The position numbers and the translations under genes are program-made. Below, piece by piece: positions 1-6,290 of a DNA stretch of 13,123 nt; the stretch's first letter is position 1; every line of letters begins with the position of its first letter. The notes under the pieces were generated by a model that saw only the letters and a program-made list of their open reading frames with translations, did not search any database and was not told the origin of the DNA. The stretch is from Methanocaldococcus sp. 16A (lineage in GTDB: Archaea > AGJL01 > Methanococci > Methanococcales > Methanocaldococcaceae), in assembly GCA_049860595.1 (NCBI GenBank), contig CP187553.1; one strand, written 5' to 3'.

Positions 1-190
1 AATGACACAAATAAAAGGAACTGTGTTAGATGTGGCTACTGCTGCAAATGATACCGATGCTGTTGATTTAGTAAATACCATATTCCAAACAGGAAAATCA
101 GGTTTAATCATATTGGCGTTATCTACTTTGGTACTGGGTGCGGCGACGATTATCGCCTTCTTAAGAGGGGTTGGACATGCCACAAAATGA
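1..190 (+). CDS. 3' part of the putative capsid protein gene (continues from 12852-13123 across the circular junction)
   Basis: The translation MTQIKGT...GVGHATK is identical to residues 92-153 of ORF 6291-6752. Confidence 0.85.
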   Translation, partial: MTQIKGTVLDVATAANDTDAVDLVNTIFQTGKSGLIILALSTLVLGAATIIAFLRGVGHATK

Positions 191-485
191 TGAAAAGAAT
201 GAGGTTAAAATTTTTAAGTGTTTAATTAAAGATGGACAGCTTTATTACTCCATTGAGTTTCTTAGCTATGTGTTAGGCGTTTCTGGGCAAACTTTAAGGA
301 ACAAGATTAAAAATCAAAAAGGTTTTTTACATAAATATGTGTTAAAAATCAAAAAAGGTAGCGGGAAATTTGAGTATTATGTTCCCGATGAGATAATCAA
401 TATATTACAAAATAAATGTCTTGTTATCGATGGTGAGGTTTTATATTATGATAAAAGCACTTCAGAATTAATAAAATTACTTTAA
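177..485 (+). CDS. Small HTH DNA-binding protein (MerR/excisionase-like HTH), ~102 aa
   Basis: YYSIEFLSYVLGVSGQTLRNKIKN is an HTH pattern followed by a beta-wing (IKKGSGKFEYYVP). ATG at 177 is preceded by GAGGGG (165-170); the track's start at 171 is TTG. It overlaps the stop of the upstream gene, suggesting an operon. Confidence 0.75.
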   Translation: MPQNDEKNEVKIFKCLIKDGQLYYSIEFLSYVLGVSGQTLRNKIKNQKGFLHKYVLKIKKGSGKFEYYVPDEIINILQNKCLVIDGEVLYYDKSTSELIKLL

Positions 486-547
486 AATTTCGGTGTAAAA
501 ATAACCGTAAAAAATTTGTTGAGTTTTAGGGTTGTATGAATGTATGC

Positions 548-585
548 CCGACATTTTGTTCAAAATGTCAGGTTAAAATTTTCGG
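548..585. promoter_or_regulatory. Palindromic site GACATTTTG-TT-CAAAATGTC plus adjacent AGGTTAAAATTTTCGG box
   Basis: Perfect 9-bp inverted repeat (550-558/561-569). Both motifs recur at 5954-5995. Confidence 0.55.
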
Positions 586-717
586 TATAAAAAAATAAGC
601 ATAAATTATTTATAATGTAATTGATAAAAAAATAGTGTTAAACCAAAATAAACCCGACCCGACCCACAAACTAAGCTTAACTGTACTGTTAATTGTAGAA
701 AAATAGATTTACTAATT

Positions 718-797
718 TACTTTTAATTTTTGGGAAAGGTAGAGGGGGCCTCTAAGTGGTTACCCCTCTACCCCCAACCCCCAAGAACTAAAAAGTA
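718..797 (+). promoter_or_regulatory. Long stem-loop with GC-rich core directly upstream of the helicase RBS
   Basis: Perfect 10-bp inner stem GGTAGAGGGG(738-747)/CCCCTCTACC(763-772). Imperfect outer stem 718-734/780-797. RBS GAGGTGAT at 800-807. Confidence 0.65.
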
Positions 798-812
798 TTG
801 AGGTGATAACCT

Positions 813-3800
813 ATGAGTAATTATATAGCCACTACTATAAATGATTTACTCAACTATCCAGAGGATGTATTGAGGGCAGTTATAAAATTATTGAATGTTA
901 GATATAATCCTAACACTCTCAAAGAATATGAGATTTTTAAATCTGAACATATTGATTTGGACTTTATGAATATTTGGCTATTTTCAATAAAATACCTATC
1001 CGACGATGAGAGGGCTATTTTAGAAAAACATGGTTTATGGGATATATCCTCAGGTATGCCTTCCGATGAATTCTATAAATTGGAATATTTAATTATGAAC
1101 TCATTAGGTTGGAATGAGTGGAGACCTATAGACCCTGCAGTTGCAACCAAAAAATTAAAAGAAAAAAGTTGCGGTTGCAACTTTGGTAATGGAGGCCAAC
1201 TAAATGGTTGCATGGAAAGTTGCAATGCAACCTCAAGTAACTATGTGAAAGAAGGTGCAACTTCAGATAATTTTGATGAAGATAATGCAACCTTAAGCAA
1301 CTTTTATAATATTGAGAAGTTGCACAGCAACTTTTTAAAAGTAATTGAGTATGATGAGTTTTGGGAGAAACTCGCAGAAAGAATTGAAGCACTTAAAAAA
1401 TCAACACCATATAAAAAGAACACAATAGGAAAATACATAACTCAATTGAAATTCTTAAAAGAGCCACAATCTAAATCCCAATATATCGATGTAGTGTGTA
1501 GAGAATATCAAATATCACACACAACCGTAGAGACACACATAAAGATATTAAAACATCCAGACATTGGATGGGTAGAGGTTTATAAAGGAGAGTATGACAA
1601 GCCATGCCTAAAATTAACTTACAAATTTTACGAAGACATAAGAGACCTTATAGACCAATATTTACCTAAAAAGGAAATATCAGATAGTGAAGATAAAGAT
1701 AAAACCATAGAGGAGTTAAGAAAACAACTAAAGAAACTTATAGAGAAACACATAACACCAGAGGGATTTGAATTTGACATTAACGAAGTTGATGAGTTGG
1801 AAGGCATAGAGAGAGTTGCAGGAGCATACTTTAGAGATAAACTATTAAATGAACCATACACAGCCATAGAATGGATTTATAAAGTTTATTATGAAAAATA
1901 CTTTACATATAAGCCGATAAACATAAACATAGTAGGTTTAGAAACACTTGCAGGAAGTAGGATAATAACGAAGGTAGAGGATTGGGGAGCATTTAAGGAT
2001 AAATTAGTAGTGTTAAGAGGAGATATAGCAGGGATTATAAAGCATAAAGTAAGGAGGGACATTTTACTAACTTACAAATGTGAGGATTACGATAAAAATG
2101 GAGAAAAGAGGGGCTGTGGCTATGAATTGAAGAGATTATATAGACCGTTAGAGGGGACAGCAGACCATAAGGTAAAGTGTCCAAATTGTGGAAGGGAGAT
2201 AAAAGCCGTTGAACCAATATTAAAGGATGTAGAAGGGGATGAGGTAAAATTAGAGAAAGATTTAACAGTTATATTATTGCAGTTAAGAGGGAGTGAAGAG
2301 CTGTATAAGGTATATCTTCCATACACACCAGAGATAAACAACCTAAGGGATGTAGAGATAGTAGGGATTTTAAAAACGAACTATAAAGGGGAGTATTACA
2401 TTGAAGGGCTGAGCATAAATCCACAAAAGACAATAAACTTTAATTATGATGCATTTGTTAGAAAGGTAAAAAAGGAAGGATATGATAATGCCTTAGATTA
2501 CATAAAAGATAAGGTATTTTATGAGATTAAGAGAATATATGACAAAAATGGAGAAAATCCAACAATAGACACATTAATAGAGATAGAGATATTAGCATCT
2601 TCACATATTTGGTGGGATAGCAATAGGAAGGGATACTTAAAGCCAGAAACAATTGATGCCTTATTTATTGGAAGTTACGGGCAAGGGAAGAGTTTAACCA
2701 TAGAACCATTAGCAAAATTACACAACACAACAGAGGATACGATAAGAATAGATATGCCTAATATTGAGAACTTAATAGGGCTGATAACATCAAGAGACAA
2801 CATAAAGTATTTTAAGAAGGGATTAATTCCGATGAACCACAACAGACCGATAATATTTGAGGAGTTTATTGATTTTATCTTAAGATTGGGGAATGACATA
2901 GACCTACTAAAGGCAGGAAAGACTGCAGGAATATGGAAGAGAGAAAGAGAAGGATATAACATACCAATGATAGGAGTAAGTCCATGGATAGGGATTGGAA
3001 ACATAAAAGATATTGAGTTAATGGAGTTGTGGGAAATATACCACTTAAAAGGAGTTAATGAGTTTAGAGAGGCATTAATTAATTATTATACTAAAAAATT
3101 ATTAGAACAATACGAATACAATAGAGAAGAAGCAAGGGAGAGAGCTAAAAAGAGAGTAGATAACATATTAGGAATACATCCAGAATTTGGAGGGTTGGAT
3201 TGGCTATTAACGAATATATTGGAATTTACATTGAGGAATATGAGAGGGATGACAGATAGAATACCATTAATTTACCTATTAAAGCCATACACTAATGAGG
3301 ATTGGAAAGAGATAAAACTACATACTTATTCAGTAAAAAAATCGAGAAAAGACAACAATTTTATAAAATATAAGGAGTTAGAGGCTTACGAATGCTCATT
3401 ATTCATAAACTACATTAAAAACAAGGATATAGAATTCAATAAAGAGGCATTAGTAACACTTTGGGACATAGAGGAGAAGTTAAGGGAATTATTGAGAGAT
3501 AACGACTTATTTAAAGGATATTCCGATAGATTACTTAATCAAATAGAGTATATGGCAAAAGCTTATGCAAAACTAAGATTTAAGGAAGAGGTAGAGTTAG
3601 AGGATGTAAGGGATGCTTTAAAGACATGGTTTAAGAGTATATTAGGAGTATTGTTGAGGATTAAAGCTCCAGAGAAGGTTAAAGAACTATTTAAATTAGT
3701 TGAGGATGAGAAAAAAGAGAACTTAGATGAAGAGCAAGAATTAGAGGAGATAGATAAACTTATTGAAGAGAATAAAAAGATAATGGAATTGAAAGGGAAG

Positions 3801-3962
3801 ATATTAGATTATATGCTACAAAATCCAGAAAAGGTTTATACAACGATAGAAATTTCGGAAGTATTTGAACTATCGGAAGATACGGCGGATAAGATATTGA
3901 AAGAATTATGGAAAGTTGGGGATGTTATGAAAATTGGGGACGGACAATGGAAGCCCGTATAA
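813..3962 (+). CDS. mcm: Divergent MCM-family replicative helicase with N-terminal extension (putative initiator-helicase), 1049 aa
   Basis: C4 Zn finger (C-x11-C...CPNC, 2079-2189) in an OB-like region. Walker A GSYGQGKS (2670-2693), Walker B IIFEEF (2850-2867), Arg-finger-like TDRI (3252-3263). Sensor-2 helix [32 protein letters not shown] and a C-terminal wHTH ([30 protein letters not shown]). Strong RBS GAGGTGAT. Confidence 0.85.
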   Translation: MSNYIATTINDLLNYPEDVLRAVIKLLNVRYNPNTLKEYEIFKSEHIDLDFMNIWLFSIKYLSDDERAILEKHGLWDISSGMPSDEFYKLEYLIMNSLGWNEWRPIDPAVATKKLKEKSCGCNFGNGGQLNGCMESCNATSSNYVKEGATSDNFDEDNATLSNFYNIEKLHSNFLKVIEYDEFWEKLAERIEALKKSTPYKKNTIGKYITQLKFLKEPQSKSQYIDVVCREYQISHTTVETHIKILKHPDIGWVEVYKGEYDKPCLKLTYKFYEDIRDLIDQYLPKKEISDSEDKDKTIEELRKQLKKLIEKHITPEGFEFDINEVDELEGIERVAGAYFRDKLLNEPYTAIEWIYKVYYEKYFTYKPININIVGLETLAGSRIITKVEDWGAFKDKLVVLRGDIAGIIKHKVRRDILLTYKCEDYDKNGEKRGCGYELKRLYRPLEGTADHKVKCPNCGREIKAVEPILKDVEGDEVKLEKDLTVILLQLRGSEELYKVYLPYTPEINNLRDVEIVGILKTNYKGEYYIEGLSINPQKTINFNYDAFVRKVKKEGYDNALDYIKDKVFYEIKRIYDKNGENPTIDTLIEIEILASSHIWWDSNRKGYLKPETIDALFIGSYGQGKSLTIEPLAKLHNTTEDTIRIDMPNIENLIGLITSRDNIKYFKKGLIPMNHNRPIIFEEFIDFILRLGNDIDLLKAGKTAGIWKREREGYNIPMIGVSPWIGIGNIKDIELMELWEIYHLKGVNEFREALINYYTKKLLEQYEYNREEARERAKKRVDNILGIHPEFGGLDWLLTNILEFTLRNMRGMTDRIPLIYLLKPYTNEDWKEIKLHTYSVKKSRKDNNFIKYKELEAYECSLFINYIKNKDIEFNKEALVTLWDIEEKLRELLRDNDLFKGYSDRLLNQIEYMAKAYAKLRFKEEVELEDVRDALKTWFKSILGVLLRIKAPEKVKELFKLVEDEKKENLDEEQELEEIDKLIEENKKIMELKGKILDYMLQNPEKVYTTIEISEVFELSEDTADKILKELWKVGDVMKIGDGQWKPV
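1140..1333. repeat. Cluster of GTTGC/GCAAC (GTTGCAAC-derived) repeats inside the helicase gene; candidate iteron/origin
   Basis: 13 GTTGC/GCAAC pentamers in ~195 bp. TGCAAC occurs at 1226, 1256 and 1286 (30-bp period). Inverted pairs at 1165-1184 and 1317-1333. Confidence 0.7.
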
Positions 3963-3974
3963 TGAGGGGGTAGT

Positions 3975-5255
3975 ATGGATAGTAGGGTAGCATACTATAA
4001 ACTAACATCCAGATACTTATATTATTTTTGCTTAGATAGGATGCTAAGTTGCCATAGGTTGGATTTAGATAGAGATAGGAAAATCAATTGGAGACATCCG
4101 AAGTATTGGAACTATAACAATATTCCGAAAGGTAATAAGCCATACCTTAGACATATAGATTTATGGGACAAGAGAGGATATTGGGATAGATGGGTATTGG
4201 AGAACCTTAGGAGTATTTACTGCTCTCCATACTACTTTAAGACACCAAGATATGAGTTGGAGTATCCAGAGGTAGATTATACCTATTGGGATTGGGTATT
4301 GGATATTGACATTAAGGGAGATATTGAGAAGTCGAAGGAAATATGCAGGGCAGTATATGACATCCTCAAAGATTATGGAGTTAAAGATATTCCTATAAAG
4401 TTTAGCGGAGGTAAAGGGTTTCATATTTGGATTAATGCAAAGCACTTAACGAATGAGATATTAGAGAAGGGCTTTATAGAGGGCAGTAAAATTTTAACAC
4501 AATTCTTAGAGTTTAAGTTAAGGAATTACTTAGATTTTTTAGATAAAGACAAAACTACGGGGATAGATTACACTATTTACAAAGAGAACATTTGCATAAC
4601 TGCACCGTTTAGCCTATACTACAAAGATGTAGAGGGCAAGACACCAATAAGCATACCATTCCCAATAAACAAAATAGAGAAGTTTAAGCCAATAACACTA
4701 CAAAGGATTAGGAAGGAACTTTTAAAGAAATTACTAAAATATTATGAAAACTTTGGAGAGATAAGAGGAGATTTAACGGATTTTATAGAGGATGCATTAA
4801 ATTATTATAAAGCAACTAAAAAAGACAACTCCAATACTCTAATAACAATTGATATAGAGCAACGAAAACCTATGAAAAAACCTAAGAAGGAAGATAATAG
4901 AGGGAACGAATACATTAAGGCAACAATAGGGGATAAGGAAGTAGTCCTAAATAAGAGCAAGTTAGAGGACTACCTTAGGGAGTTGATAAATTCAGATTGG
5001 ACTGATGGAAAAATGAGGGCATGTTATTATTTAACTTCACTGTGTAAGTTACTGGGTTATGATAGAGATAAGGCAAAAAAGGTATTGGATGCATGGGCTT
5101 CCAAGTATGGCAGTAAATACATGAAACACATAGAGTATGAGTTAAAATATCTCTATGATAGGAATGGGAAGGTATGTAGCATAAAATGGATAAAAAACAA
5201 CATTCCAGAGGCTAAAAATCAACTCCTCATTTATGAAAGGTATTATAAAGAATGA
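3975..5255 (+). CDS. Archaeo-eukaryotic primase (AEP) / primase-polymerase with C-terminal helical PriX/PriL-CTD/PriCT-like domain, 426 aa
   Basis: Motif I VLDID (DID at 4302-4310), motif II FSGGKGFH (SGGKGFH at 4404-4424), motif III GIDYTIY followed by ITAPFS. A Lys-rich linker precedes the helical domain DGKMRACYYLTSLCKLLGYDRDKAKKVLDAW. It starts 12 bp after the helicase stop with RBS GAGGGGG. Confidence 0.88.
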   Translation: MDSRVAYYKLTSRYLYYFCLDRMLSCHRLDLDRDRKINWRHPKYWNYNNIPKGNKPYLRHIDLWDKRGYWDRWVLENLRSIYCSPYYFKTPRYELEYPEVDYTYWDWVLDIDIKGDIEKSKEICRAVYDILKDYGVKDIPIKFSGGKGFHIWINAKHLTNEILEKGFIEGSKILTQFLEFKLRNYLDFLDKDKTTGIDYTIYKENICITAPFSLYYKDVEGKTPISIPFPINKIEKFKPITLQRIRKELLKKLLKYYENFGEIRGDLTDFIEDALNYYKATKKDNSNTLITIDIEQRKPMKKPKKEDNRGNEYIKATIGDKEVVLNKSKLEDYLRELINSDWTDGKMRACYYLTSLCKLLGYDRDKAKKVLDAWASKYGSKYMKHIEYELKYLYDRNGKVCSIKWIKNNIPEAKNQLLIYERYYKE

Positions 5256-5265
5256 AAGATAAAGA

Positions 5266-5275
5266 TAATATATAC
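5266..5275 (+). promoter_or_regulatory. Putative archaeal TATA box (TAATATATAC) for the 38-aa peptide gene
   Basis: Preceded by a purine-rich BRE-like stretch (GATAAAGA), 21 nt before the ATG at 5297. The same 10-mer occurs on the minus strand at 5713-5722. Confidence 0.45.
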
Positions 5276-5296
5276 TGAAAATAAGAGGTTGTGATT

Positions 5297-5413
5297 ATGG
5301 AATTAGATACATTTACCATAGTGTATATTGCGGTAGTAATTACACTTATGTTATTTACAACAGCATTTGGAATATGGTTTTGGAAGCATAAGAAAAAGTT
5401 ACTCCATTCATAG
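5297..5413 (+). CDS. 38-aa single-pass membrane peptide MELDTFTIVYIAVVITLMLFTTAFGIWFWKHKKKLLHS (not in ORF track)
   Basis: Hand translation from ATG 5297 to TAG 5411-5413. RBS-like GAGGTTGTGAT at 5285-5295. Acidic N-terminus, ~24-aa hydrophobic stretch, WFW aromatic belt and KHKKK basic tail. Confidence 0.7.
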   Translation: MELDTFTIVYIAVVITLMLFTTAFGIWFWKHKKKLLHS

Positions 5414-5647
5414 AGTTTTGTAAATGTGGTATAATGCACCACCAAATATTAATGTAGTGTATGCCATATATCCAATGTCTAATAGCACTAATCCTAAACC
5501 ATTTATAGGATTACCTTCGGAGAAAGCTACTTTAACAACAATAGCAACTAATAAGGTCAATCCTGCTCCAATAAATAATTTATACAAATCAAAAATTGTA
5601 TTGTAAAGTAACTTCCTTTTTTCAAATTCTTTCTCATTGTTACTCAT
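5408..5647 (-). CDS. 79-aa membrane protein with two predicted TM helices, unknown function
   Basis: Charged N-terminus, then two hydrophobic segments (LFIGAGLTLLVAIVVKVAF; GLGLVLLDIGYMAYTTLIFGGALY). RBS-like GGTG upstream and BRE/TATA-like AGAAATTAATATATA on the minus strand at 5714-5728. Confidence 0.75.
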   Translation of the reverse strand: MSNNEKEFEKRKLLYNTIFDLYKLFIGAGLTLLVAIVVKVAFSEGNPINGLGLVLLDIGYMAYTTLIFGGALYHIYKTL

Positions 5648-5727
5648 GTATAGACACCACGATTAATCCTTAATAATACATTTGGGGCTTTATTTTTCTA
5701 TTTTTCAAGAGTGTATATATTAATTTC

Positions 5728-5791
5728 TTACAAAATTACAAAATTGTAAAAATGTGTAATTACAAAACTTATAACAATTACAAAATTGTAA
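5728..5791. repeat. AT-rich TTACAAAA repeats, including two exact copies of AATTACAAAATTGTAA
   Basis: TTACAAAA at 5728, 5736, 5760 and 5778. The 16-mer at 5734-5749 and 5776-5791 contains the palindrome TTACAA-AA-TTGTAA. Confidence 0.7.
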
Positions 5792-5879
5792 GTTACCCCT
5801 ATATTTATTTTTTCGACAAATTATGGCATGAGCAGAGTTAAGATTTAAAATTATCTTTTAAAATGAGAATAACAAAATA

Positions 5880-5923
5880 ACAAAGTGCCGATTGTCAGCT
5901 CGCGCTGTTAATCGGCACTTTGT
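5880..5923. other. Strong intergenic hairpin (14-bp perfect arms plus inner CAGC/GCTG stem, TCGC loop)
   Basis: ACAAAGTGCCGATT(5880-5893) / AATCGGCACTTTGT(5910-5923). Confidence 0.7.
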
Positions 5924-5953
5924 AAAGTAATCAAACAACCAAAAGATTACCTT

Positions 5954-5995
5954 AGGTTAAAAATTTTCGGACACCGACATTTTGGATAAAATGTT
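5954..5995. promoter_or_regulatory. Second copy of the AGGTTAAAAATTTTCGG box and the ACATTTT-N4-AAAATGT palindrome
   Basis: AGGTTAAAAATTTTCGG at 5954-5970 and CCGACATTTTGGATAAAATGTT at 5974-5995. Same motifs as 548-585 in swapped order. Confidence 0.55.
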
Positions 5996-6183
5996 AAGGG
6001 GGTGTTGAATTTTTTTGAAGTTTTGGAGAGGGTACTGCTCTATGGAGGTGTGTATTCACAGATTAAATAAATATATTCAAATATACAAACATTAGATTTT
6101 GAATATAAGCAAAACTGGGGAAGGCACTTTATTATAATATAATTAAGGGTAACGGTAGATTACTATAAAAATTAATGGGTGTG

Positions 6184-6235
6184 AAAATTGCCGAATTCGT
6201 GGAAATTCGGCAATTTTAGGCGTTATCTTTAAATA
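6184..6235 (+). promoter_or_regulatory. 14-6-14 perfect palindrome plus TATA box (TTTAAATA) upstream of the putative capsid gene
   Basis: AAAATTGCCGAATT-CGTGGA-AATTCGGCAATTTT (6184-6217), TTTAAATA at 6228-6235, and RBS-like AGGTGGGG before ATG 6291. Confidence 0.6.
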
Positions 6236-6290
6236 TGAGAAGAGATAACGCTATTTAGTGTAAATCAATTGGTTTGTAAGGTGGGGAAAG

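Noticed and set aside
1126-3004. Minus-strand ORFs 1126-1392, 1628-1867, 2035-2217, 2120-2341 and 2675-3004 (and their copies at +6562)
   Set aside because: They lie entirely antisense to the well-supported helicase gene. Their Ser/Leu/Phe-rich composition is what the reverse of a purine-rich coding strand gives, and they show no motifs.
813-3962. Intein as the explanation for the oversized MCM
   Set aside because: I found no C/S...HN-C/S/T splice junctions or LAGLIDADG motifs at the usual Walker A-region sites. The extra length is an N-terminal extension plus a short helical insert.
4161-4445. 94-aa minus-strand ORF
   Set aside because: Antisense shadow over the primase catalytic motifs, with no independent support.
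5227-5606. ORFs 5227-5445 (-) and 5424-5606 (+)
   Set aside because: They are shadows of the better-supported 38-aa (+) and 79-aa (-) membrane genes, which have RBS/TATA signals and coherent TM topology.
6042-6095. 17-codon ORF MEVCIHRLNKYIQIYKH and RBS-like GGAGGTG at 6044-6050
   Set aside because: Too short and featureless. The RBS-like motif has no suitably spaced start with an open frame, and the G4/G5 variant does not create a longer ORF.
5728-6217. Possible CRISPR or mini-CRISPR array among the intergenic repeats
   Set aside because: There are no 25-40-bp direct repeats separated by regular unique spacers; the repeats are short or palindromic.
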